DNA of 64,000 nt from Paracoccaceae bacterium (GCA_030148225.1 JASBTX010000038.1:152434-216433); one strand, 5' to 3'; positions 47,910 to 59,497 are shown, counted from the first letter of the stretch. The notes: generated from the letters alone by a model not told the origin. Made by a program: numbers and translations.

Positions 47910-48367
47910 CGGCGGACGCTGCGCCGGTTGTTGGCGCCGATCACCTCGATCCGGTGAACATCCTTCAGCGCGATATTGGACAGGACCGTCGCCACGACAA
48001 CCTCTCGCGTCCGCTTGGTGCCCACGCCCTCATTACCCGGGGGCGGCGCGATGCGGAATTCATAGCTCAGTACACCCTTGACCGGCTCGCCGTCATTCTG
48101 CGCCAATAGTTCCCCCTGCCAGAAGCCCTGGGTCGGCGGTACGCCCGTGGCCCGGATGATCGCTCCGCTGGAGGTGCGCTCGACCCTCAGCGTAGCGACT
48201 TCGGCCACCAGCGGGCGCGGATCGGCATCGGCGACCTCTTCGCTGGCCTCAACCTCGACATTCTTGTCGCCACCGAACCAGTTCAGCGGGTTCAGACGGC
48301 TTTCGCGCACTCCGCCGCAGGCCGACAGGAACAGCATAAATCCCAAAAGAACAGCGATACGTGCCAT
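47906..48367 (-). CDS. lipoprotein, function unknown
   Basis: Lipobox [17 protein letters not shown]; 153 aa. Only the 3' half of track ORF 47906..48838 looks coding. Confidence 0.6.
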   Translation of the reverse strand: MARIAVLLGFMLFLSACGGVRESRLNPLNWFGGDKNVEVEASEEVADADPRPLVAEVATLRVERTSSGAIIRATGVPPTQGFWQGELLAQNDGEPVKGVLSYEFRIAPPPGNEGVGTKRTREVVVATVLSNIALKDVHRIEVIGANNRRSVRR

Positions 48368-48490
48368 GGCCAAGACCTCCCATTCTGCCGGATGAACATC
48401 TACAGGACCGCGCAGGACTTGAAAAGCGTCGGGGCACTGGACCTTTTGCCCCGGCAAGCCTAATTCAGCCGGGACAGAGGAAGGTTGGTT

Positions 48491-48925
48491 ATGGCGCAGG
48501 CAGAATTCGAAGAGATCGTGGATACGTTTGCATTCCTCGATGACTGGGAAGACCGCTATCGCCACATCATCGACATGGGCAAGGCAATGCCACCGCTGGC
48601 CGAGGGGGAGCGGACCGCGTCTACCCGGGTCGAGGGTTGCGCCAGTCAGGTCTGGCTGATGCCCGATATAACCGGCAGGGGCGGCGACGCCGTCATGACA
48701 TTTCGCGGCGACAGCGACGCCATGATCGTGCGCGGACTGATCGCGACGCTGATCGCGCTTTATTCCGGCCTGAGCGCGTCCGAGGTGCTTGACGTGGACG
48801 CGGCGGAAGAAATGCGGCGGCTGGAACTGGACGGGCATCTGTCCGCGCAGCGCTCGAACGGGTTGCGCGCCATGGTCGAGCGTGTGCGCGCGCTGGCCGT
48901 TGCGGCCCAGGACAGCACTGCCTAA
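48491..48925 (+). CDS. sufE: SufE-family sulfur acceptor protein
   Basis: GAGGAAGG lies upstream of ATG 48491. FAFLDDWEDRYRHIIDMG...VEGCASQVWL contains the conserved Cys loop. Confidence 0.8.
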   Translation: MAQAEFEEIVDTFAFLDDWEDRYRHIIDMGKAMPPLAEGERTASTRVEGCASQVWLMPDITGRGGDAVMTFRGDSDAMIVRGLIATLIALYSGLSASEVLDVDAAEEMRRLELDGHLSAQRSNGLRAMVERVRALAVAAQDSTA

Positions 48926-48931
48926 TCTGGT

Positions 48932-49990
48932 TTAGCTTCGCGTCGTAAACTCCGTTAATCGCAGAAATATTGCCATCGAGAATATGGTGAATGCGATCCG
49001 CAGGATGTGATGCAGGACGACGATGGCGGAATTTCCGGAAAGCGCCAGCGCCATCAGCCCCATCTCGGTCAGCCCGCCCGGCGCAAAGGTCAGGATCAGC
49101 ATCTCGGGTGATTGGCCGTCAAACCGGGTGACAACGCTGGCAATCGCCATGCCGATGCCGATCATGGCGCTGACGGTCAGCAGGTTCATCACCATCGCCT
49201 GGCGCACGATCCGTCCGCTCATGCCGAAAAACCGCGCCCCGAGCGCCGATCCGACGACGCATTGCGCCACCCAGATCACCCATGTCGGCATCGCCATGTC
49301 GACCCCTGTGAGCCCCGAGAGAATCGCGGTCAGAAACAAGGGGCCGGTCAGGTGCTTGGCAGGCAGGCGCAAGAGCCGCCCCAGCCCATAGCCAGCCGCC
49401 GCGGCCAGCGGCACCATGAGCACGAGCACGGGCGACAACCCCAGGTCAAATCCACCCCCGGTGCGGTCGACCCCGATCACCTCGCCCAGATAAATCGACA
49501 GCCCCGCGGGCACTGCCACAACGACCAGCACGATGCGGATGAAATGCTGCAAGGCCACAACGCGGATATCGGCGCCGGCCTCTTCGGCCATGGCCGTACT
49601 TTCGATCAGGCCACCCGGTGCGCCGGCATAGTAGGCCTCGGCCCGGGCAAATCCGCCGACGCGCCGCAAAATCTGATAGCTGGTGACATGCGCAAGCGGC
49701 ACAAAGATCAGGACACCGGTCAGGCTGGGAATGAATTCGGGCAGCCGCGCCAGCAGGTCCGGCGTGATCTGGCCGCCGATGGCAACGCCCACCAGCGCGA
49801 GGAAACTGATGCGCAACCGCCCGGGAAACAGATAATCCACCGGAAACCGGCCCGGTGCAATTGTTGCGAAAAGCGCGTTGGCAACCAGCGCGCCCACCAT
49901 GAACGGCATCGGTACGCTCAGCCGATAAGCCAGCGCACCGCCGGCCGCCCCGATGCCAAGAAGCAGAGTGGTAAATGCAATCCGGGCCAT
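48932..49990 (-). CDS. AbrB-family (putative ammonia-monooxygenase-like) membrane protein
   Basis: 352 aa of internally duplicated polytopic membrane protein (GAAGGALAYRLSVPMPFMVGAL...). Family call from memory. Confidence 0.55.
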   Translation of the reverse strand: MARIAFTTLLLGIGAAGGALAYRLSVPMPFMVGALVANALFATIAPGRFPVDYLFPGRLRISFLALVGVAIGGQITPDLLARLPEFIPSLTGVLIFVPLAHVTSYQILRRVGGFARAEAYYAGAPGGLIESTAMAEEAGADIRVVALQHFIRIVLVVVAVPAGLSIYLGEVIGVDRTGGGFDLGLSPVLVLMVPLAAAAGYGLGRLLRLPAKHLTGPLFLTAILSGLTGVDMAMPTWVIWVAQCVVGSALGARFFGMSGRIVRQAMVMNLLTVSAMIGIGMAIASVVTRFDGQSPEMLILTFAPGGLTEMGLMALALSGNSAIVVLHHILRIAFTIFSMAIFLRLTEFTTRS

Positions 49991-50030
49991 GCCCCTGCCT
50001 TAGGCGGAACCGGCCCGGCTGTCGAGCCGA

Positions 50031-50693
50031 TCAGGCCCAGTCGCGCAGCCGCGTCTCCAGATCACCATAGCCCGTGTGGCGATGTTCGAATTCCAGCCCC
50101 AGCCGACCGGCGCATTCGCGCGCCTTGTCCACAAGCGCCGGGTCGCGGGTTTGGGACTGATAGACAAGTTTGGTGTAATTGCCGAAAATCATATCCCTCA
50201 GCTCTGGATGCCGGTCCAGCCCCATGGGCCGCCAGACGAACGCATCGAACTGCTTGACCAGAAAATCGGTCAGGTAAAAGGCCGAAATCTCGGTTTCACA
50301 CCGTGCCGCAAATTTCTGATTTCCCTCGAAAAATGAATAGCAATGCGGGCCTTCGATCATCTCGACCCCCAGTGCGTTGCATTTCGCGGCAAGCAGGCCA
50401 CCGGTGCCGCAATCTGCATAGACCACGTAGATCGCGTCATAGTCACCCTGGTGGCGCCCGACGGCTGCCTCGACCTCGTCAACGATCTGGTCGGGATAAA
50501 GATGCAGTTTGGCGGGCAGGCATTTCAGATCGAAATGGGTCCAGCCGTTCATGTCGCAGATAGCTAGAATCTCGCGCGCAAGTGCGCCGCAGGCCAAAAG
50601 CAGGTAGCGTCCGCCGCGCCCTTCACCTGCCAGCCCGTGCTCGGTTAGCTCCCCGTCACTGGGGGCGGTGATATCCGGGCCCTTGCCCGTCAT
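50031..50693 (-). CDS. DUF1638 domain protein
   Basis: LLACGALAREI...YADCGTGG...GPHCY pattern. It sits next to the corrinoid protein gene. Confidence 0.65.
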   Translation of the reverse strand: MTGKGPDITAPSDGELTEHGLAGEGRGGRYLLLACGALAREILAICDMNGWTHFDLKCLPAKLHLYPDQIVDEVEAAVGRHQGDYDAIYVVYADCGTGGLLAAKCNALGVEMIEGPHCYSFFEGNQKFAARCETEISAFYLTDFLVKQFDAFVWRPMGLDRHPELRDMIFGNYTKLVYQSQTRDPALVDKARECAGRLGLEFEHRHTGYGDLETRLRDWA

Positions 50694-51025
50694 GGGCGGC
50701 CCGGCTGGTGCAGGTTGGTGACATAGGCCGCGTCGGAATAAGTGATGCCGAGGGAAAAGGCGCAGGCCACCGGGATCATCGCCTTGATCGCCTGCTCCAG
50801 CGCGTCGCGCAGGGCAGCGGTGAACTCCGCATCGCGATAGGGGCGCGACAACATCGAAACGGCGATCAGGATGTGGCTGTGCTGATAGACCTCTGCCGGA
50901 TAGGCCCGACCCTTACAATCACCCGCCTTCGGGTCGTGTTCGGCGATCACCTGTTCGATCCGCCGCAGGATATCCGCCGCGTCAATCGGCAGGTCAGTGC
51001 TGTATTTCAGCTCTGCATGCGGCAA
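50690..51025 (-). CDS. 5-carboxymethyl-2-hydroxymuconate isomerase-like (tautomerase superfamily) protein
   Basis: 111 aa starting MPHAELKYS, with a length and pattern similar to HpcD-type isomerases. Its stop overlaps the DUF1638 start (ATGA). Confidence 0.5.
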   Translation of the reverse strand: MPHAELKYSTDLPIDAADILRRIEQVIAEHDPKAGDCKGRAYPAEVYQHSHILIAVSMLSRPYRDAEFTAALRDALEQAIKAMIPVACAFSLGITYSDAAYVTNLHQPGRP

Positions 51026-51102
51026 TGGAACCTCCTGAAATCAAAGGCCCCGGATCAGTCTGCGCTGAACCGGGGCCGTCAGAGCGAATTGCGGTCCGTG
51101 GA

Positions 51103-51807
51103 TCAGCCGGCGGCGAGTTGATTGTGTTTGCGCGCCATGAAATCCTTGGCGGTTTCAACGGCCACGGCGGCATCGCGGCAATAGGCATCGGCGCCGATGG
51201 CCTTGCCAAATTCCTCGTTCAGCGGCGCGCCGCCCACCAGCACCGTGTAATCGTCACGGATACCCTTTTCGACCATCGTGTCGATCACAACCTTCATGTA
51301 CGGCATGGTCGTGGTCAGCAGCGCAGACATGCCCAGAATGTCGGGCTCTTCTGTTTCCAGCGCTTCCAGATAGCTTTCGACCGGGTTGTTGATACCCAGA
51401 TCGACAACCTCGAAACCCGCGCCTTCCATCATCATGGACACAAGGTTCTTGCCGATATCGTGGATATCGCCCTTGACGGTGCCGATCACCATCTTGCCGA
51501 CGCGCGGCGCGCCGGTTTCGGCCAGAAGGGGCTTGAGGATGGCCATGCCACCCTTCATCGCGTTGGCTGCCAAGAGCACCTCGGGCACAAAGAGGATACC
51601 ATCGCGGAAATCATTGCCGACGATGGTCATGCCCCCCACCAGCGCCTCGGTCAGGATGCGGTAAGGCTCCCACTTGCGCTCGAGCAGGATGTTAACGCCT
51701 TCCTCGATCTCTTCCTTGAGCCCGTCGTAAAGGTCGTCAAACATCTGCGCGACGAGTTCCTCGTCGTTCAGTTCGGACAGGATGATGTCGTCTTCTTCTT
51801 CGTCCAT
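51103..51807 (-). CDS. corrinoid (B12-binding) protein, stand-alone MetH cap plus Rossmann module
   Basis: B12-binding motif GDIHDIGKN...SALLTTT...GGAP. The N-terminal 18 aa are highly acidic (MDEEEDDIILSELNDEEL). Confidence 0.85.
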   Translation of the reverse strand: MDEEEDDIILSELNDEELVAQMFDDLYDGLKEEIEEGVNILLERKWEPYRILTEALVGGMTIVGNDFRDGILFVPEVLLAANAMKGGMAILKPLLAETGAPRVGKMVIGTVKGDIHDIGKNLVSMMMEGAGFEVVDLGINNPVESYLEALETEEPDILGMSALLTTTMPYMKVVIDTMVEKGIRDDYTVLVGGAPLNEEFGKAIGADAYCRDAAVAVETAKDFMARKHNQLAAG

Positions 51808-51997
51808 TGAAAACCCCTATGTCTGAGCCGCGATAGGGACAAATGGCGGAAATCACGGCGGATCATCTGCGCATTTTGCGACACTGCCGGGGTCACAACC
51901 GACGATTTCACCGCGTTTTTGGCTACCCGATCGAACAAGCCTCTTTCGGGGCGCAGTTTTTTGCGATATGTTCACGTAATGTTCTTGTTCATGCCAC

Positions 51998-53089
51998 ATG
52001 CCCCGAAATCAGAGTGATACGCTTGATCCCGCGCGGCTCAGGGGGCGGGGTGCAACCTATAATCCCCCGATCCGGTTCGAGGATCAGTCGCGCCAGCGGG
52101 TTGGTGATGGCTGGGCGGGGGATGAAGACCTGCCGCCCCTGCGCACCGAGGTCAACATCGAAGCGCCGAGAACCATCATCGCGCGCAACAGCTCGCCCGA
52201 TCTGGGCTTCAGCCAGTCGATCAATCCCTATCGCGGCTGCGAACATGGCTGCATCTATTGCTTTGCCCGGCCCAGCCACGCCTTTCTGGGCCTGTCGCCT
52301 GGTGTCGATTTCGAAACCCGGCTGATTGCCCGCCCGACAGCACCCGATCTGTTGCGCAAGGCCCTGTCTTCGCGACGCTACACGCCGTCTGTCATTGCCA
52401 TCGGAACCAACACAGACCCCTATCAACCGATTGAAAAAAAGCATGAAATTATGCGATCTTTGCTGGCGGTGCTTTTGGAGTTCCGCCATCCGGTCGTGAT
52501 CGTGACCAAGGGCACATTGATCGAACGCGACGTCGATGTTCTGCAGGCGCTGAACGCGCTAGATCTGGTGCGTGTCGGGCTGAGCGTGACCACGCTCGAT
52601 AACACCCTGTCGCGTCGGATGGAGCCGCGGGTGCCACCCCCGGCGCGGCGGCTGAAAACCATGGAGCGGCTGGCGGCGGCGGGCATCCCGGTCAAGGTCA
52701 TGGCATCGCCCATGATTCCCGCGCTGAATGACAGCGAGATGGAGGCAATCCTGAAATCCGGCGCTGACGCGGGCGCCCGGGCGGCATCCTGGATATTGCT
52801 GCGCCTGCCGCATGAGGTCAGCCCGCTCTTTCGTGACTGGCTGGCGGCGCATTATCCGGCGCGGGCGGCGCGGGTGATGGGGCTGTTGCGGGACATCCGG
52901 GGCGGGGCGGATTACGATGCGAATTTCGGCACGCGCATGCGCGGGCAGGGTACATATGCCCGGCTGATGGCGCAGCGTTTCGAGATCGCGCGCCGACGCG
53001 CGGGCCTTGCCGACAGCCTGCCGCCCATGCCGCTCAATCTCTTTCGCGTGCCGGCGGCGGGCGGGCGTCAGCCCGATCTTTTTGATTGA
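51998..53089 (+). CDS. radical SAM protein (PA0069-like family)
   Basis: INPYRGCEHGCIYCFARPSH contains the CxxxCxxC motif; N-terminal RGRGATYNPPIRFE. Confidence 0.8.
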   Translation: MPRNQSDTLDPARLRGRGATYNPPIRFEDQSRQRVGDGWAGDEDLPPLRTEVNIEAPRTIIARNSSPDLGFSQSINPYRGCEHGCIYCFARPSHAFLGLSPGVDFETRLIARPTAPDLLRKALSSRRYTPSVIAIGTNTDPYQPIEKKHEIMRSLLAVLLEFRHPVVIVTKGTLIERDVDVLQALNALDLVRVGLSVTTLDNTLSRRMEPRVPPPARRLKTMERLAAAGIPVKVMASPMIPALNDSEMEAILKSGADAGARAASWILLRLPHEVSPLFRDWLAAHYPARAARVMGLLRDIRGGADYDANFGTRMRGQGTYARLMAQRFEIARRRAGLADSLPPMPLNLFRVPAAGGRQPDLFD

Positions 53090-53103
53090 TTGCTCAACCC
53101 GGC

Positions 53104-54120
<1,017 letters not shown>

Positions 54121-54214
54121 CAGCGCCCGCCTTGTTTTCTGGCGCTGTGGCACGGCAAATCTGTTTATACAAACTCATAATCCTCAAGAAGATTATGAGT
54201 TTGATTTATATGCC

Positions 54215-54529
54215 TCAGATCTCTTCCATCAGCTGTGCCTTGGCCTCGGTCATGAGGCTGGCCATCTGCGCGCGGATCGTCGCCTCGTCAGCCCGGTCAC
54301 CCAGATCGCCGGCGACCTTGCGATAGACATCCTCGTCGCCCGCTTCCTCGAAATCGGATTTGACCACGTCCTTGGCATAAGCCTCGGCATCATCGCCGGA
54401 TTTGCCCATCAGACCGGCCGCCCACAACCCCAAGAGCTTGTTGCGCCGTGCTTCCGCCTTGAACTGCATCTCAGCGTCATGGGCGTATTTAGTTTCAAAG
54501 GCATTCTCGCGATCTTCAAACGTGCTCAT
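54215..54529 (-). CDS. ATP synthase inhibitor zeta subunit (DUF1476)
   Basis: The 104 aa product MSTFEDRENAFETKYAHDAEMQFKAEARRNKLLGLWAA... closely parallels the Paracoccus zeta subunit as I remember it. Confidence 0.75.
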   Translation of the reverse strand: MSTFEDRENAFETKYAHDAEMQFKAEARRNKLLGLWAAGLMGKSGDDAEAYAKDVVKSDFEEAGDEDVYRKVAGDLGDRADEATIRAQMASLMTEAKAQLMEEI

Positions 54530-54679
54530 ATGGTCCTCGGCGCTACGGGGTTTGTGTTCCCTCTTTATATGGCGATCCTTGCGCATGGTTGCAAGCAATC
54601 CGACCCGCCTTGCGACACCAACGACCATGGCCTATAGGGGGCGCGAAGGGCCACCCGGCCCGGCGAGGAAAGGCTCCCC

Positions 54680-55441
54680 ATGTCGCGGCGCAAGAAGGTT
54701 TACGAAGGCAAGGCCAAGATCCTGTACGAAGGGCCCGAGCCGGGAACCTATGTTCAGTATTTCAAGGATGACGCCACCGCGTTCAACGCCGAGAAAAAGG
54801 ACGTGATCGAGGGCAAGGGCGCGCTGAACAACCGCCTGTCGGAATTTTTCATGACCGGCCTCAGCAATATCGGCGTACCCAACCATTTTTTGCGGCGGCT
54901 GAACATGCGCGAACAGCTCATCCGCCAGGTCGAGATCATCCCGCTCGAGGTGATCGTGCGCAATTTCGCTGCCGGTTCGCTGTCCAAGCGGCTGGGGATC
55001 GAAGAGGGCACGGCACTGCCGCGCCCGATCGTCGAATTCAGCTACAAGGATGACAGTCTTGGCGATCCGCTGGTGGCTGAAGAGCATATCATCGCCTTTG
55101 GCTGGGCCAGCCAGCAGGATCTGGATGACATCATCGCGCTGGCGCTGCGCGTCAACGATTTCCTTTCGGGCACTTTGTATGGCGTCGGCATCAAGCTGGT
55201 GGATTTCAAGATCGAGATCGGCCGCATCTGGGACAATGATTTCCATCGCCTGATCGTAGCCGACGAAATCAGCCCCGACAGTTGCAGGCTCTGGGATATG
55301 AAAACCGGTCAGAAACTGGACAAGGACGTGTTTCGCCGCGATCTCGGCAATCTGGCCGACGCCTATACCGAGGTCGCGCGGCGTCTGGGCGTTCTGCCTG
55401 CCAATGCGCAGCCCGTCACCAAACCCACATTGATCAACTAA
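54680..55441 (+). CDS. purC: phosphoribosylaminoimidazole-succinocarboxamide (SAICAR) synthase
   Basis: [20 protein letters not shown] and [12 protein letters not shown]. Confidence 0.9.
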   Translation: MSRRKKVYEGKAKILYEGPEPGTYVQYFKDDATAFNAEKKDVIEGKGALNNRLSEFFMTGLSNIGVPNHFLRRLNMREQLIRQVEIIPLEVIVRNFAAGSLSKRLGIEEGTALPRPIVEFSYKDDSLGDPLVAEEHIIAFGWASQQDLDDIIALALRVNDFLSGTLYGVGIKLVDFKIEIGRIWDNDFHRLIVADEISPDSCRLWDMKTGQKLDKDVFRRDLGNLADAYTEVARRLGVLPANAQPVTKPTLIN

Positions 55442-55450
55442 GAGGTCCCG

Positions 55451-55693
55451 ATGCACGCCAGAATTCACATCACGCTGAAAAACGGGGTGCTGGACCCGCA
55501 GGGCGAGGCCGTGCACCACGCGCTGGGATCGCTGGGTTTCGAGGGGCTGAGCAATGTGCGTCAGGGCAAGGTGATCGACATGGATATCGCCGGTGACGAT
55601 CCCGACGCTGCCCGCGCCAGTGTCGAGGCGATGTGCCAGCAGCTTCTGGCCAATACAGTGATCGAGAGCTACCAGATCGAGCTGACGGAATGA
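55451..55693 (+). CDS. purS: phosphoribosylformylglycinamidine synthase subunit PurS
   Basis: 80 aa with V.LK.GVLDPQGEAV..AL..LGF. Confidence 0.9.
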   Translation: MHARIHITLKNGVLDPQGEAVHHALGSLGFEGLSNVRQGKVIDMDIAGDDPDAARASVEAMCQQLLANTVIESYQIELTE

Positions 55694-56358
55694 AAGCCGC
55701 CGTCGTCGTCTTTCCCGGCTCCAACTGCGACAGAGACCTTGCCGTCGCGCTGAAAAATGCCGGGGCCGATGTCACGATGATCTGGCACAAAGATACCGAT
55801 CTGCCCGCGGGTCTGGATTTCGTGGGCATTCCCGGCGGGTTTTCCTTTGGCGACTATCTGCGTTGCGGTGCCATCGCGGCCCGCTCGCCGATCTGCCGAT
55901 CGATCATCGATTTTGCCGGTCGGGGCGGTTATGTGCTGGGCATCTGCAACGGCTTTCAGATCCTGACGGAAACCGGGCTGTTGCCCGGGGCGCTGTTGCG
56001 CAACGCGGCGCTGAAATATATCTGCAAACCCGTCGAACTTGAGGTGCGCAGCACGCAGAGCGTCTATACCGAGGGTTATCGCGCCGGGCAGACCATCACC
56101 GTGCCCATCGCCCATCACGACGGCAACTATACCGCCGCGCCAGAGACGCGCATCGCGCTGGCCGATCAGGACCGCATTGCCTTTGCCTATGCCGACAACC
56201 CCAACGGCTCGGATGATGACATCGCCGGCATCCTGTCGGAAAACCGGCGTGTGCTGGGGATGATGCCACATCCCGAGCGGATGGCCGAACTGGCGCATGG
56301 TGGCGAGGATGGCGCGGTACTGTTTCGTACGCTGATGAATGCGCTGATCCCCGCCTAG
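55690..56358 (+). CDS. purQ: phosphoribosylformylglycinamidine synthase glutaminase subunit PurQ
   Basis: The ATGA overlap with the purS stop marks the start. MKAAVVVFPGSNCDRD, catalytic GICNGFQ, and HPER. Confidence 0.9.
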   Translation: MKAAVVVFPGSNCDRDLAVALKNAGADVTMIWHKDTDLPAGLDFVGIPGGFSFGDYLRCGAIAARSPICRSIIDFAGRGGYVLGICNGFQILTETGLLPGALLRNAALKYICKPVELEVRSTQSVYTEGYRAGQTITVPIAHHDGNYTAAPETRIALADQDRIAFAYADNPNGSDDDIAGILSENRRVLGMMPHPERMAELAHGGEDGAVLFRTLMNALIPA

Positions 56359-56407
56359 GGGGTGCCGCCTGCTTGAGCGTCCGGTGACGCAGGGCTAAAA
56401 CACCCTT

Positions 56408-58168
56408 ATGAATGCTGCTCGCAGTGCCGCGCGAAAGACCCGGGCCCTGCGTCCCGTTTGGGGCGCGCGCCTGGCATTTCTGCTGATCGTCGCCACGGCG
56501 GCGGTCACCGTCTGGCTGACCAATATCTGGATGACCGACCGCTTTACCGCCGATACGCGCGCGCGCGCCGAGGTCCGCTCGACGCTTTATGCCGGTAATA
56601 TCATCAGCGAGTTGCAGCGCACATCCGTCGTGCCGCTGTTGCTGTCGCGTGACCCGGCCATCATCAGTTCGCTCGCCACGGGCGATTTCGCGGCCACTTC
56701 GCAACGCCTGATTTCCTATCAGGACGAGATCGAGGCCGCATCGCTGATCCTGCTGGATTCGGGCGGTCGGACCGTTGCCGCGACCGACCGCAGCCAGTTG
56801 GGCACCATCCACCGCAACCACCATTATTTTATCGAGGCGATCCGCTCCAATGGCACCGTTTTCGTCGCCAACGAGCTGGAGACGGGCGCGTTTTCGTTCA
56901 CCTATTCGCGCCGCATCGAGTTTGAAAAAGAGGGGCTGGGCGTCATCGTTGTCGAGGCCGATCTCAACCAGTTCGAAGATCGCTGGTCGGCGATTTCAAA
57001 CGCGGTCCTGATCTCGAATTCCGAGGGCCGCGTCATGCTCTCGACCGAAGGGCGCTGGGTGGGCAGGACGCTGGAAGAGGCGCTTGACGATACCAGCCCG
57101 CCTTCGGCGCTGGCGCGGGCACTGAATGCGGCGGGCGAATGGAGCAGCCTGAACCCGGACGCCTATTTTCGCGGTCAGGCCATCATGCAGACCGATATCC
57201 GCATCCCCTTTCAGGGCTGGAACCTGACAACATTCACCTCCTACGCCTCGGTGCGCGATCAGGTGAACGGGATATTGGCGCTCGAAATCATGGCCTTTGC
57301 CATCATCCTCGCGCTGGCTTTCTATTTCCTCAGTCGGCGCGCGCAGTCGAAGTCGCTGTTCTTTCAGCGTGAATCGGCGGACCTTCGCCAATTGAACGAT
57401 GCACTACAGCGGGAAATCGCCGAACGCAAAAGGGTGGAAAAGACGCTGGAAGTGGCCGAACAGACACTGGCGCAATCCTCGAAACTGGCCGCTCTGGGCG
57501 AGATGTCGGCAGCCGTCAGCCACGAGCTGAACCAGCCGCTGGCGGCGATGAAAACCTACCTTGCCGGGGCCAAGCTTTTGTTGCAGCGCCGCCGCCCGTC
57601 CGAGGCGCTGTCATCCTTTCAGCGCATCGATGATCTGATCGAACGCATGGGCGCGATCACCCGGCAACTGAAATCCTATGCGCGCAAGGGCGATGAAGCG
57701 TTTGAGCCAATAGATATGAGGGTTTCGGTGTCATCGGCATTGGCGATGATGGAGCCGCAGCTCAAGCAGATCAAGGTCACAATCACCAACCAGTCACCCT
57801 CGGAACCGGTGATGGTCGAGGCTGATCCGCTGCGGCTTGAACAGGTGATTGTCAACCTCTTGCGCAACGCGCTTGATGCGGTCGGCGGGGTGACGGACCC
57901 GCGCGTCGATCTGATCCTTTCCGCGGGCGAGGTGGCGACACTGACGGTGCGCGACAACGGGGTCGGCATCGACGATCTGGACGCGCTTTTCGAACCCTTC
58001 TACACGACCAAGCGCCCGGGTGATGGCGTGGGTCTGGGGCTTGCCATTTCCTCCGGCATTGTCAACGATCTGGGGGGGCGGCTGAGGGCGCGAAACAGTT
58101 CCACGCACGGGGCTGTATTCGAGGTCGAACTCCCCATATTGAGCAGGCAGACCGAGGCAGCGGAGTAA
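56408..58168 (+). CDS. sensor histidine kinase, DctB-like
   Basis: TM, periplasmic domain and second TM, H-box SHELNQPLAA, N-box LLRNALDA, and G-boxes DNGVGI and GVGLGLAIS. Confidence 0.8.
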   Translation: MNAARSAARKTRALRPVWGARLAFLLIVATAAVTVWLTNIWMTDRFTADTRARAEVRSTLYAGNIISELQRTSVVPLLLSRDPAIISSLATGDFAATSQRLISYQDEIEAASLILLDSGGRTVAATDRSQLGTIHRNHHYFIEAIRSNGTVFVANELETGAFSFTYSRRIEFEKEGLGVIVVEADLNQFEDRWSAISNAVLISNSEGRVMLSTEGRWVGRTLEEALDDTSPPSALARALNAAGEWSSLNPDAYFRGQAIMQTDIRIPFQGWNLTTFTSYASVRDQVNGILALEIMAFAIILALAFYFLSRRAQSKSLFFQRESADLRQLNDALQREIAERKRVEKTLEVAEQTLAQSSKLAALGEMSAAVSHELNQPLAAMKTYLAGAKLLLQRRRPSEALSSFQRIDDLIERMGAITRQLKSYARKGDEAFEPIDMRVSVSSALAMMEPQLKQIKVTITNQSPSEPVMVEADPLRLEQVIVNLLRNALDAVGGVTDPRVDLILSAGEVATLTVRDNGVGIDDLDALFEPFYTTKRPGDGVGLGLAISSGIVNDLGGRLRARNSSTHGAVFEVELPILSRQTEAAE

Positions 58169-58171
58169 GAC

Positions 58172-59497
58172 ATGCCGGAATCCATGAAGATCGCGATTGT
58201 CGATGACGAGCAGGATATGCGCCAGTCGATCAGCCAGTGGCTGGCCCTGTCGGGGTTCGAGACCGAGACCTATCCGAGTGCCGAAGAGGCGCTGAAATCC
58301 ATCGGTCAGGGCTATCCCGGCATCGTCGTCAGCGACATCAAGATGCCCGGCATGGACGGGATGAGTTTTCTCAAACGGCTGATGAGCATGGACAGCGCCC
58401 TGCCGGTGATCATGATCACCGGTCACGGTGACGTGCCTGTCGCGGTCGAGGCGATGCGCATCGGCGCCTATGATTTCATGGAAAAGCCGTTCAATCCCGA
58501 CCGCATGACCGATCTGGCGCGCCGTGCTACCCAGACCCGCCGCCTGACGCTGGACAACCGCGCGCTGCGCAAGGAGCTCAGCGATGGCACGGTCCTGATG
58601 CGCAAGCTGATCGGATCGTCGCCGGTCATGGAACGGCTGCGCGAGGACATACTCGATCTGGGTCAGGCCGACGGGCATGTGTTCATCGAGGGCGAGACCG
58701 GCACCGGAAAAACACTGGTGGCGCATGCGCTGCACGCTGTCGGCCCGCGCGCCGGGCGCAGCTTTGTCGTGCTCAGCTGCGCGGCCTATGACGAGGACCG
58801 GCTGGTTGAACTGCTTTTCAAGGGTGCCGATGACCGCCTACCGCTGGTCGAAGAGGCACGCGGCGGGACGCTGGTGCTCGAGGATATCGAGGCGTTGCCG
58901 CAGGCGCTGCAGGCGCGGCTTCTGACCTTCATCAACGATCAGGGCGCGGCAGCCGAGACGCGCATCATCGCCATCTGCAACCTGCAAGAGGCCGACACGA
59001 ATTCAGAGGACATGATCCGCCCCGATCTCTTTTACCGGCTCGCGGCCATGCGCATCACCATGCCGCCCCTGCGCCAGCGGGGCGAGGATGTGCTGACATT
59101 GTTCAACCGCTTTACCCAGCAATTCGCCGAGGAATACGGCTGTGACGCGCCCGAGGTTACCGCGCAGGAGGCCGCGCAATTGTTGCAGTCGGCATGGCCC
59201 GGCAATGTGCGCCAGCTGATCAACATTGCCGAACGCGCCGTATTACAAAGCCGCCGCGGCTCGGGCTCGATCTCTTCGCTCTTGATGTCGGATACGACCG
59301 AAATTCAGCCCACCATCACCACCGAGGGCAAACCGCTCAAGGAATATGTCGAGGCGTTCGAGCGGATGCTGATTGATAATACGATGCGCCGCCACAAGGG
59401 CTCGATCGCCGGTGTGATGGAAGAGCTTTGCCTGCCACGCCGGACGCTGAACGAGAAAATGGCCAAATATTCACTCAGCCGGTCAGATTATCTCTGA
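58172..59497 (+). CDS. NtrC/DctD-family response regulator (REC, AAA+ and Fis-HTH) lacking the GAFTGA loop
   Basis: REC domain (IVDDE...DIKMPGMDG), Walker A GETGTGKT, WPGNVRQL, and a C-terminal HTH. No GAFTGA motif is present (see findings). Confidence 0.8.
   Translation: MPESMKIAIVDDEQDMRQSISQWLALSGFETETYPSAEEALKSIGQGYPGIVVSDIKMPGMDGMSFLKRLMSMDSALPVIMITGHGDVPVAVEAMRIGAYDFMEKPFNPDRMTDLARRATQTRRLTLDNRALRKELSDGTVLMRKLIGSSPVMERLREDILDLGQADGHVFIEGETGTGKTLVAHALHAVGPRAGRSFVVLSCAAYDEDRLVELLFKGADDRLPLVEEARGGTLVLEDIEALPQALQARLLTFINDQGAAAETRIIAICNLQEADTNSEDMIRPDLFYRLAAMRITMPPLRQRGEDVLTLFNRFTQQFAEEYGCDAPEVTAQEAAQLLQSAWPGNVRQLINIAERAVLQSRRGSGSISSLLMSDTTEIQPTITTEGKPLKEYVEAFERMLIDNTMRRHKGSIAGVMEELCLPRRTLNEKMAKYSLSRSDYL

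Noticed and set aside
51939-51962. Hairpin plus T-tract in the divergent spacer between the corrinoid gene and the radical-SAM gene (possible orphan terminator or sRNA)
   Set aside because: The stem is only 5 bp including a G-U pair, and no promoter-like element or conserved structure could be supported.
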